A DNA stretch of 61,095 nt from a virus (lineage: Duplodnaviria; Caudoviricetes): positions 1 through 61,095 of the IMG/VR virus record IMGVR_UViG_3300048881_000441. One strand, written 5' to 3'. Below are positions 53,667 through 61,095 of the stretch, one piece after another. A program made the position numbers and the translations under genes. The notes under the pieces are model-generated. The model did not search any database, was not told the DNA's origin, and was given only the letters and a program-made list of their open reading frames with translations. The number at the start of each line of letters is the position of its first letter. The first letter of the stretch is position 1.

Positions 53667-54539
53667 TCAATCTACGCTAACTCCACCCTTTTCTAATTCA
53701 CTTAATTTTTCACTCATTTCTGCAGCTTTTTTAGGCTTCTTATCCTTATAAATCTCCCACCATTGCCTTCCTTCTATTTTATCTAAATCAGCTACGTTTG
53801 CCTCTTTCCAGTCTCCCGATTTTTCTTCCTTTTTTCCTGTTCCAAGATCAAATGCCATATTTGCAGCAATAACTAATGAGACTGCTAATGGATCAAATAC
53901 AAATATTAATATGAATATGAACCATTTCACAACTGTATCTATTTCAGTATTAAACATTCTGGCCAAATAAATAGCAGGGCCAACATCAACACCAGTATCT
54001 ACTAATTTTGTTTTCAATTCACCCATCTCTTGCTTTATATCTAATATTTGCTTATTTAGTATTGTAATTTGAGGTTGATAATCTTCCCTTAATTTCTTTT
54101 TTGCAGTTCTAAAATTATCTGGTAACTCTGATATTGCAGCTTCTAATTCCGTCTTTAAAAATATTTTATCTTCCTGCAATTGTTCTAACTGATCTGTTTT
54201 AAATACTAATATTGTAGATTGCTTTTCAAACTCAGTTGTTGCACCTTGATATGCATTAGATAGGTAGCCAAAGATACCAGCTGACGTGATTAATACAAGA
54301 ACAATAGTGCCGATGATTAAATAGTTCTTCAAAAATATAGGAACCCTGTCCCAGTATCTGTAAAGAAAAGATGCTGATACTAGTTTTGCAAATTCAAGAC
54401 TTCCAGCCATAATAACTACAGACATTTGTGCACCGGCGAATAGTTTTGATAAACCAAAAACTGAAAAGAATGCAGCGCTAAAAGCAACTAACCCAGCACT
54501 TAATGCAATTATATAAGGAAAAAGTTTATTATTATTCAT
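53667..54539 (-). CDS. Multi-TM membrane protein with coiled-coil loop
   Basis: Three N-terminal TMs (LEFAKL, TSAGIFGYLS), coiled coil, VGPAIYLA...FVFDPLAV. Confidence 0.8.
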   Translation of the reverse strand: MNNNKLFPYIIALSAGLVAFSAAFFSVFGLSKLFAGAQMSVVIMAGSLEFAKLVSASFLYRYWDRVPIFLKNYLIIGTIVLVLITSAGIFGYLSNAYQGATTEFEKQSTILVFKTDQLEQLQEDKIFLKTELEAAISELPDNFRTAKKKLREDYQPQITILNKQILDIKQEMGELKTKLVDTGVDVGPAIYLARMFNTEIDTVVKWFIFILIFVFDPLAVSLVIAANMAFDLGTGKKEEKSGDWKEANVADLDKIEGRQWWEIYKDKKPKKAAEMSEKLSELEKGGVSVD

Positions 54540-54543
54540 AACA

Positions 54544-54726
54544 TTAAATATCTGTATATTCAGCAGTAATTATCTTATTACAAAAGTAAAAATCACCACT
54601 ATTTTTCAATACATTATCACAATTCCATTTTTGTTTCCAAAATTCAATACCCTTTTCTTCAACTGAAGAGACTTTCATCATACCTTTTAAAATGTACTTA
54701 TCACCGCCAACACTAATTATTTTCAC
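54544..54726 (-). CDS. Hypothetical protein
   Basis: Short ORF in a packed run. Confidence 0.6.
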   Translation of the reverse strand: MKIISVGGDKYILKGMMKVSSVEEKGIEFWKQKWNCDNVLKNSGDFYFCNKIITAEYTDI

Positions 54727-54901
54727 TTAAATATTTTTTGAATAAAGTATCAATATCTTTTTTTGATGGATTTGTGCTTTGTTTTTTAAAAGCTTCCTTA
54801 CGTGATGTATAAGTTAGCGGAACATCAGCTAATGATGGAGGTCTACCCCATTCATCACACATTATTGTTTGATTCAACCATTGTTTTTTTGTTAGTGGCA
54901 T
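54713..54901 (-). CDS. Hypothetical protein
   Basis: AAGGAGG RBS; DEWGRPPSLADVPL. Confidence 0.7.
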   Translation of the reverse strand: MPLTKKQWLNQTIMCDEWGRPPSLADVPLTYTSRKEAFKKQSTNPSKKDIDTLFKKYLSENN

Positions 54902-54918
54902 GTTTGCCTCCTTGTATA

Positions 54919-54998
54919 AAATAAGGGCTCTTTCGTTTTTAAGTCGTTATATAGTGGAGACTAAAAATCGGTTGAGCATAAGCTCCGAACCCTTATTT
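54919..54998 (-). ncRNA. Candidate structured RNA (three-way junction)
   Basis: P1 AAAUAAGGGUUC/GAGCCCUUAUUU, P2 GAGC-UUAU-GCUC, P3 CG(A)UUUUUAGUC/GACU(U)AAAAACG. Confidence 0.5.
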
Positions 54999-55018
54999 CA
55001 TTTATTTTGTAACCTTTA

Positions 55019-55501
55019 TTATGCGATCTTTACGAAGGTTCTCTTCGGTTTCTCAGGTTCTAATTTTGGAATGTCAATTGACAAAATGCCATCTTTAAAC
55101 TTGGCTTTAATATTATCACCATCTAAAGATTCGCCCAATGTAAACCTACGTTCGAAAGCTGAATGCTTGAGTTCCTTACGAATCACAATTGCATTTTCTT
55201 CCATAGCTCTTCCTATGGCGCCATGTTTTGTACCTTTGATTGTCAATACACCGTCTTCTACATCAACTGTAAGATCTTCTTTTGAAATACCTGGAATTTC
55301 GGCAACGACACCAACTGATTCATCATGTTCGTATACGTTGACCTTTGGATACGCAGAACCTTCAAAAGGTTTAACACCAACTTCACTCATAAAATCTGGG
55401 AAGTTATTTTCAAATAACGTATCAAACATACGATCGAATGGGGTTAAAAAGTTCTCTCTTGATATTGTTGGATAACCTTGTTTTCTGACTACTAAGCTCA
55501 T
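55019..55501 (-). CDS. hsp20: Small heat-shock protein (Hsp20/alpha-crystallin)
   Basis: PKVNVYE...AEIPG...DGVLTIKG...FERRFTL...AKFKDGILSIDIPK. Confidence 0.95.
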   Translation of the reverse strand: MSLVVRKQGYPTISRENFLTPFDRMFDTLFENNFPDFMSEVGVKPFEGSAYPKVNVYEHDESVGVVAEIPGISKEDLTVDVEDGVLTIKGTKHGAIGRAMEENAIVIRKELKHSAFERRFTLGESLDGDNIKAKFKDGILSIDIPKLEPEKPKRTFVKIA

Positions 55502-55577
55502 TTTATTTCTCCTTTATTGTTATTCTATGAACTAACTTATGAGTACCCATCTAATATGGCGTACTCTAATACTATAC

Positions 55578-55639
55578 TGAAAAAACCGTGCCAAAGCTCT
55601 TTTAATGACAAAGTGACATAGCTCTTTGACAATATGTCA
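55578..55639 (-). promoter_or_regulatory. Sigma54-like -24/-12 element with upstream TGTCA/TGACA boxes
   Basis: TTGGCACGGTTTTTTCA (one mismatch to YTGGCACGNNNNTTGCW) at 55578-55594; TGTCA-N3-TGTCA at 55606-55618; TGACA-N3-TGTCA at 55627-55639. Confidence 0.6.
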
Positions 55640-55641
55640 TA

Positions 55642-55926
55642 CTATCTAAGCTCTATTTTAAAGTGATGTGCAATTGATTTAATGGACTTATCCCATTTAT
55701 TATTATTTAATTTATCTAGAAGTACTAATGCTTCTGCTCTTGTTATTGGTTTTTCTATATACTCAGCTTGCCATCGAATAGAAGGAGTATCACTCTTAGC
55801 ACATTCCTCTAGTACTTTAACAACATCTTTGTATGCTAAATATGTAGTTAGATTTGCAGACACACCGCTAGCTTGTCCAGCTAACAAAATGAATTGTGTG
55901 TAACCTGATAAATGTTCATACTTCAT
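55642..55926 (-). CDS. Hypothetical protein
   Basis: AAGGA RBS. Confidence 0.65.
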   Translation of the reverse strand: MKYEHLSGYTQFILLAGQASGVSANLTTYLAYKDVVKVLEECAKSDTPSIRWQAEYIEKPITRAEALVLLDKLNNNKWDKSIKSIAHHFKIELR

Positions 55927-55937
55927 TTATTATTCCT

Positions 55938-56294
55938 TTACTTATAAGAGAGGTTTGAAAATTGTAACATAATAATTGCAACAGCTAATACGAGTGATAT
56001 ACCTGTATGCCATCCTGGGAGTTCATCTAAAATACCCCACGTCATGATCCCAAATATCATTGTACCAAAACCAAAACCTATCATCCTAACATTCCATACA
56101 GCACCAAAATGTTCAAATGATAAGTGCGCTGATTTCCATAATAGCCAGCCAATTGGAATTCCCAATATAATAACTACCCAATCTTTTGATAGCCATTCCT
56201 GCCACTGACCAGTCATAAACTGTCCTTGAATCTGAAACCATGCTATGATATTTGCCACAAGCAACATTAAAAACATTTGTACTATTAAACTCAT
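55938..56294 (-). CDS. Small 4-TM membrane protein (DMT/SMR-like size and topology)
   Basis: 118 aa with four hydrophobic helices. Confidence 0.6.
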   Translation of the reverse strand: MSLIVQMFLMLLVANIIAWFQIQGQFMTGQWQEWLSKDWVVIILGIPIGWLLWKSAHLSFEHFGAVWNVRMIGFGFGTMIFGIMTWGILDELPGWHTGISLVLAVAIIMLQFSNLSYK

Positions 56295-56557
56295 ATACCT
56301 AATAATTCCTCTTCATCAATTTCTTCCATTTCTTTCTGAGTACGGCCATTACCGAACTCTGTATTATACGGATAATTTTGTTCATCATCTTTTACATCCA
56401 ATGCACCTTTAAGAATCATTGTTTGTTTTGTTCGTTCTTTGACATTATTCTCCCATTCAACAGCATGTCCTGTAAATCTATAGGTTAAGTAATTTGTTAC
56501 TGCTTTTAATAAGTCTATTATGTAATGCATCAATTGCCTGGGTTGTTCAATTTTCAT
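56291..56557 (-). CDS. Hypothetical protein
   Basis: ATGA-coupled on both sides. Confidence 0.65.
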   Translation of the reverse strand: MKIEQPRQLMHYIIDLLKAVTNYLTYRFTGHAVEWENNVKERTKQTMILKGALDVKDDEQNYPYNTEFGNGRTQKEMEEIDEEELLGI

Positions 56558-57159
56558 TGTAAACTTATTTCAATTCCTATCTTACCCTTATAAAATTCTT
56601 TACCTTGAAGTTTAGTCACTTCACCAAGATTGTATAAACGAATCTTATCTGTTAGTTTCCAAGATATTTTAAATTTATCCTCATACTCAAAAGTATCTTT
56701 AGTTGTTCTACCTTCCTCATCTGGCGGTAAGTATCCGTCAAATGTAATTTCTACTTCAATCTTATCATCTTTGTATTTCTTCTTCTTGCTAAATCCAACT
56801 GATATGAAGGTTTCAAAATTCTTACTGAATACATTATCATCAGTATTACGACTAGTAAAACCATAAGTTAAATTCTTGTATGTGTTTCGCCAATCAACTT
56901 TAAGATATCTAATCTCTTGACTATTTTTATTCATGTATTCTGGTTTAAAATAAACGCTAGCTACATCGAGTTTTAACCAAATTAAATCATCAAGATACTT
57001 TTTGCCAAGCTCTCTTTCCCACTGTCGATTTATATAATAGTTATCGTGGTTTATTCCTATGCTAATTTCATAATCATCTGGATTAGGTTGTACGTTTGGT
57101 GTTCTTATGGCAAAAGAACTAAATAACATTACGCCTGTTAATAAACTATCTAATATCAT
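56554..57159 (-). CDS. Exported beta-rich protein, possible small outer-membrane barrel
   Basis: Hydrophobic N-terminus; alternating strands; ends YKGKIGIEISLQ. Confidence 0.55.
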   Translation of the reverse strand: MILDSLLTGVMLFSSFAIRTPNVQPNPDDYEISIGINHDNYYINRQWERELGKKYLDDLIWLKLDVASVYFKPEYMNKNSQEIRYLKVDWRNTYKNLTYGFTSRNTDDNVFSKNFETFISVGFSKKKKYKDDKIEVEITFDGYLPPDEEGRTTKDTFEYEDKFKISWKLTDKIRLYNLGEVTKLQGKEFYKGKIGIEISLQ

Positions 57160-57321
57160 TTACTTTCTCCGTACTGATTTTCTTTTTGCTTTAACTTTTT
57201 TTGGTACTTTTTTTATCTGTTCTCTACGTTCGCTACCTGATCTTTTTTGAACGCCTATAGCAGTACCAATAAAGTATGTTACATCTTTGATTGCCTTCAT
57301 GAACTTATTTATACTCATCAT
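57160..57321 (-). CDS. Small basic protein, 53 aa
   Basis: MMSINKFMKAIKDVTYFIGTAIGVQKRSGSERREQIKKVPKKVKAKRKSVRRK*; GAGGTG RBS. Confidence 0.65.
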   Translation of the reverse strand: MMSINKFMKAIKDVTYFIGTAIGVQKRSGSERREQIKKVPKKVKAKRKSVRRK

Positions 57322-57378
57322 ACACCTCTTTTATATATACATATATATCCTATTAAAATGTCTTATTTCTAATTTTTA

Positions 57379-58716
57379 TCATACCATTCTAATACCATCT
57401 TCCCATACTGCTTTACAAACAGGAAATCTAAGAGAGTATTTACCTGTCTTGTCCTGTGATTCCTCGAAGTACTGAACGGTGATTTCCTTGCCAACAATTC
57501 TTTCTGGATAGTCAAAGTATCTAGCCCTTTGAGCCAATGAGAATCCTGAGCCAACTGACACAACATTACCCTTGTGTTTAATAATGACGTTTGTCATTGT
57601 CTCAATTGTAGTTTCTAGTCCTGTTTCAGAATCAATAATCCGGAATGGACCGAACTCTATATCTTCTACTACGTATTCCTCATCGTGCATCTTCTTAACT
57701 TTAAGCAGATCGTTGGATCTTTTCCCTTTATATCCTGTATCCTTACGAAGCATTATACCTTCCCAACCATTTTGATCTGCAAATTCTAGCATATCAACAA
57801 CTTCTTGTTCACTGCTAATCTTCTCCATGCTACATAGTTCAATTGGAAAATCCTTATCCCACAGGGGAGTACCAAGACTCCACTGAAGATCAGCTAATCG
57901 CTCTGTTAGTATTCTTGTACTTTCCTGTGCATCAAATTCTGATACTGTTAAACAATCAAATATTTTTAATACCGGGTTTTCTATCGTGTGATTCTTACGT
58001 CGAACTTCTTTAATAACAGACTGGAAATCTTCATCCCCATTCTTATCAACAATACATAGCTCACCATCAAATACTATATCTTTTTTAGTAATAGCATAAG
58101 GTAGCAATGCATCCCTAATCTTATCTAATGTAAAAAATTCTTTACCTTGCCGTGAGAAGAACTTTATATCACCCTCTATAATTGTGCATATGACCCTTAC
58201 TCCGTCTAGTTTTCTTGACCAGTACCAATCATCGTTATCCCAATCAATTTTATGTGCATGATCCTCATACTTTGAAGCTAGTGCAACATCAAATGTTGGA
58301 ATCAACCCAGGCATTACCCTGTTAATTAGTTTAGTGTCAACACGTGCTTTAAGGCTACGTTCTAATATAAGTTCTACTAACCAATGATACTCTTTAGGAA
58401 GGCAAGATATGTAACCATTGACAGTCCCAATTGCGTCATGACCTGTTATGCTTCTTCCTTTAAGCATATCCAGTAATGTGAAAATATCTCCTGTGTAGTC
58501 ACGTATTATGTCAGACCTTTTCTTAATATTTTTCCATGACACATAATACTGAAAGTAGGGATTGTACATATAATGTAATAGTGCCTTTAGTTCAGTATTG
58601 TTTTTGACAGGCTCTAAACATTCAATCTTGTCAAGAGTAGAATTTGATGTCTGGAGATTGATAACCAGCTCCATCATATCATCATAAAATGGGGCATCTG
58701 AATGTTGTGATTTCAT
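57379..58716 (-). CDS. lig: ATP-dependent DNA ligase
   Basis: KLDGVR, FSRQGK, FDGEL, IFD, EGIMLR, KRSNDLLKVK, VGSGF, SLRFP. Confidence 0.96.
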   Translation of the reverse strand: MKSQHSDAPFYDDMMELVINLQTSNSTLDKIECLEPVKNNTELKALLHYMYNPYFQYYVSWKNIKKRSDIIRDYTGDIFTLLDMLKGRSITGHDAIGTVNGYISCLPKEYHWLVELILERSLKARVDTKLINRVMPGLIPTFDVALASKYEDHAHKIDWDNDDWYWSRKLDGVRVICTIIEGDIKFFSRQGKEFFTLDKIRDALLPYAITKKDIVFDGELCIVDKNGDEDFQSVIKEVRRKNHTIENPVLKIFDCLTVSEFDAQESTRILTERLADLQWSLGTPLWDKDFPIELCSMEKISSEQEVVDMLEFADQNGWEGIMLRKDTGYKGKRSNDLLKVKKMHDEEYVVEDIEFGPFRIIDSETGLETTIETMTNVIIKHKGNVVSVGSGFSLAQRARYFDYPERIVGKEITVQYFEESQDKTGKYSLRFPVCKAVWEDGIRMV

Positions 58717-58717
58717 A

Positions 58718-58975
58718 CTAATCTAAGAACGTATCTTCTACTTCCATGTCATTATACTCTATGCTATCGTTGTCATTACTCAAACCAAATCCTATATCAT
58801 GATTGTTAGTTAAGTAACCAACATAATCATCATCGCCTAATGCTGAATCAGAATTAGTAGTAGTCCAATTAGATTTTGGAGCTTTCTCCCCAATTGTAAT
58901 TTCAACTGTACCACCATCATTTTGCATATCTAACAATGCCTGCATAGCAGCAGTTTTTTTCTTACCCTTAGTCAT
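58718..58975 (-). CDS. Acidic hypothetical protein
   Basis: AGGAG RBS. Confidence 0.65.
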   Translation of the reverse strand: MTKGKKKTAAMQALLDMQNDGGTVEITIGEKAPKSNWTTTNSDSALGDDDYVGYLTNNHDIGFGLSNDNDSIEYNDMEVEDTFLD

Positions 58976-58977
58976 TA

Positions 58978-59244
58978 TTACACGCTCCTTAACATTGTTG
59001 AAGGAACGTTATAACGCATGGCACCGTCTAAAATATCGATTTCGATATATTTCTTTTTCACTTTAAAAACCACGCCCGGTTGGACTTTCCCTGTTCTAGA
59101 ATCTGTAAATTCCACTTTGTCACCTTTAGTAAAATTCAATACTGCGTTAGTACGCAATGTTTCAATACGCTGATTGATCAATGTGGTTAACATGCCAATT
59201 TCTTCCATGTTCATTATGTTGATTTGTTTTAATATGTTATTCAA
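58978..59244 (-). CDS. Small SH3/KOW-like protein
   Basis: FTKGDKVEF...GVVFKVKKKYIEI...YNVP; TTG start, GAGG RBS. Confidence 0.65.
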   Translation of the reverse strand: MNNILKQINIMNMEEIGMLTTLINQRIETLRTNAVLNFTKGDKVEFTDSRTGKVQPGVVFKVKKKYIEIDILDGAMRYNVPSTMLRSV

Positions 59245-59271
59245 TGTAACCTCTTTTGTTGTTGTTGTTAT

Positions 59272-59305
59272 TAGAATCTAAGCCTTTTTCGCTTAAGATG
59301 AAAGG
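59272..59305 (-). promoter_or_regulatory. Sigma70-like promoter CCTTTCAT-N17-TAGATTCTA
   Basis: Third copy of the motif. Confidence 0.55.
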
Positions 59306-59306
59306 A

Positions 59307-59471
59307 CTATTTTAACTTATTTTCATATAATTCTAAGTAACTTTTAAAACGCTTAACTATAGATTTAGTTATCATTTTACGTGCAATTGCAGACTCCCAC
59401 TTTGCTGTCTGGTGAGCTGCTAAAGCTGAGTCTAGCAATTCAGTTAATTTATCTAAATGTATTTGTTTCAT
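59307..59471 (-). CDS. Hypothetical protein (start revised to MKQIHL)
   Basis: ATG overlaps the TGA of the upstream small ORF. Confidence 0.55.
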   Translation of the reverse strand: MKQIHLDKLTELLDSALAAHQTAKWESAIARKMITKSIVKRFKSYLELYENKLK

Positions 59472-59623
59472 AGAAAAAATATTATGCACACTATTACCCA
59501 GACTAGAATAGACCACCACTTGGGTAAGTAAGATTTATTACTCTTCATTTGTGACTTTAGTAATCCCTTCTTTTCTAATGACATGCCATGAATCCAATTT
59601 TCTGGTTTGATATATTTCTTCAT
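59468..59623 (-). CDS. Small C-terminally anchored membrane protein, 51 aa
   Basis: MKKYIKPENWIHGMSLEKKGLLKSQMKSNKSYLPKWWSILVWVIVCIIFFL*; TAATG and ATGA coupling. Confidence 0.6.
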   Translation of the reverse strand: MKKYIKPENWIHGMSLEKKGLLKSQMKSNKSYLPKWWSILVWVIVCIIFFL

Positions 59624-60336
59624 TACCAATCAAAACCTTTTGATGTAGGCACACTCTTTTCAACTGGTACTGGGTCTTTAAATTCTATACTATTTATCCA
59701 ATTAGCTCCTAACCATGTTGTTACTATATATTTATCATTAGATATTGGTTTCTTTGCATAATGAACCCATGGCCATCCACATGGAAAACAAGCAAATGTT
59801 CCGGCTTTAGGTTTAAATTTAATATCACTTAATGGAAAAACTAATTCTCCACCTTCTTCTACATCATTTAAATAATAACTTGCAACCATAAGTCTATGAC
59901 AAGTATTTCTATTATAATTTTCTTCTGTATGCCATCCCTCATAATGACCAACACCTTTATCATATTTTTGAACATTCCAACTTGGATAATGTGTTCCTTC
60001 ATCCCCCCATATATGTAAATGAGAAAACCCTTCGCTGTTACCAGTACCATCACTCAATGGGTCTTGTGGAAATTTTAACATATGTTCATTCTGCATATCA
60101 TTAGACCGCAACGCAAGTTCCGCGGCTAAAGCTTCTAAATGTTGGTCATCATGCCCAATCAAATTTAAATCCATTGAATTTTTCATCTTATAATTCTTAC
60201 CACTAAGAGTCCTACCACTCTTAGTAATACCTTTTTTATTATATTCTTCAAAGGAATTTATAATATCGTCACATATATCTAATGGTAACGCATCTGGAAA
60301 TATTCCAATTGTATCTTTAAAATATTCTAATTTCAT
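59623..60336 (-). CDS. 2OG-Fe(II) oxygenase
   Basis: VQKY...WHTE...YLNDVEEGGEL...FP...HYA...KYIVTTW. Confidence 0.9.
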   Translation of the reverse strand: MKLEYFKDTIGIFPDALPLDICDDIINSFEEYNKKGITKSGRTLSGKNYKMKNSMDLNLIGHDDQHLEALAAELALRSNDMQNEHMLKFPQDPLSDGTGNSEGFSHLHIWGDEGTHYPSWNVQKYDKGVGHYEGWHTEENYNRNTCHRLMVASYYLNDVEEGGELVFPLSDIKFKPKAGTFACFPCGWPWVHYAKKPISNDKYIVTTWLGANWINSIEFKDPVPVEKSVPTSKGFDW

Positions 60337-60340
60337 TTTG

Positions 60341-60508
60341 TCACCAACTCCATCCCATCATTATAAAGTGAAAATATAAATATCCACCTAAAAGCCAAAA
60401 TACTATTTTCCAATATTCACCCCGAACATCAGAGTGAGATACTCTTTTTTTAGTGTATAAATCTTCTTTCATTATTCTTTTGTCACCGTACCAATTTCTA
60501 GCCATCAT
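60341..60508 (-). CDS. Small membrane protein, 55 aa
   Basis: MMARNWYGDKRIMKEDLYTKKRVSHSDVRGEYWKIVFWLLGGYLYFHFIMMGWSW*; AAGGAG RBS. Confidence 0.65.
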   Translation of the reverse strand: MMARNWYGDKRIMKEDLYTKKRVSHSDVRGEYWKIVFWLLGGYLYFHFIMMGWSW

Positions 60509-60516
60509 ATACTCCT

Positions 60517-61095
60517 TTAATCTGGTAGGAAAATTATATCAGCGGCAGCATTTGTAGTTTCATTTGTGGACACCGGATAAACCGGGTATGCGCCCGTAGA
60601 AAAGGTGCCCATAGGTGAAACCCACTTTAAATCACCGCTTGGTTGAGTAGTACCATCTAATGTGCCTGCGTCCATATAACCATATGAGCGATTTGAAGTC
60701 CAACTATAATACGATATTCTATAGTATTCATCTGCAGATACCGAAAGGGGTGTACCAAAAACAGAATACTGGAAATCCCAATCTGAATTTAAACTCATAG
60801 CACTAAAGCTCCAGCTCCTAATCGAATCACCATTCCCTGTATCTACTTCATTCCATAGCAAGCCAGCAAAATCCTTGGTATTATTTCCCATACCAGCACC
60901 GATAATTTGGCCGTCTACAAGTACTTGAAATCTAGTGCCGCGGCCATGATAATAGGCAGTGTCATTGTACTGACCATCTGGTCCTGAGCCAAGACCAGAA
61001 AATCCAGAACCCTTTACAGTAACAGTTGATCCTCCAATACTTACATCTTGATCGTTGGGATTAAATAAAAATCGATACTTAGTTCGATCAGTTGT
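60517..61095 (-). CDS. C-terminal part of a Gly/Ser/aromatic-rich protein entering from the right edge
   Basis: Frame stays open from 61095 (TTDRTKYRFLFNPNDQ...) into the tracked ORF. Confidence 0.7.
   Translation of the reverse strand, partial: TTDRTKYRFLFNPNDQDVSIGGSTVTVKGSGFSGLGSGPDGQYNDTAYYHGRGTRFQVLVDGQIIGAGMGNNTKDFAGLLWNEVDTGNGDSIRSWSFSAMSLNSDWDFQYSVFGTPLSVSADEYYRISYYSWTSNRSYGYMDAGTLDGTTQPSGDLKWVSPMGTFSTGAYPVYPVSTNETTNAAADIIFLPD

Noticed and set aside
54919-54998. Hammerhead ribozyme
   Set aside because: Three stems and GAAA are present but the CUGANGA core is missing.
57369-57566. 65-aa ORF overlapping the ligase end (and 59868-60053 inside the oxygenase)
   Set aside because: Out-of-frame overlaps with well-supported genes; no independent support.
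11570-58716. Inteins or introns in nuclease, primase, ligase or giant proteins
   Set aside because: Enzyme lengths and motif spacing look normal; no Hint or LAGLIDADG motifs noticed by eye.
1-61095. Stop-codon reassignment
   Set aside because: Long genes are intact under code 11, and TAG, TGA and TAA all end genes at tight junctions.

Overview
AT-rich, gene-dense segment of a large tailed phage with a myovirus-type (T4-like gp5/gp6/gp25) baseplate; nearly all genes are on the minus strand and use the standard code. In window order: a giant repeat-rich tail/fibre ORF missed by the ORF track (>3760 aa, 11291 to beyond the left edge); a lone plus-strand ribbon-helix-helix gene; a fused Mre11-Rad50 nuclease, a primase and a PD-(D/E)XK nuclease; a ~7 kb array of small modular proteins with a shared MIKLKD-type N-terminus and ES(V/I)xE linkers, some encoded by identical 16-18 nt repeats; two holin-like genes; an envelope module (outer-membrane beta-barrel, basic peptide, MshEN-like membrane protein, exported Trx-fold protein); tail and baseplate genes; a gp55-like sigma factor, HD hydrolase and 3D-domain protein; a tmRNA with a predicted 43-codon tag; and an accessory region with peptide deformylase, SLOG protein, Hsp20 behind a sigma54-like promoter, DNA ligase and a 2OG-Fe(II) oxygenase. 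Two recurrent promoter-like motifs are visible (ATATTTAT; CCTTT...TAGATTCTA). All calls rest on motifs read by eye; no database search was run.
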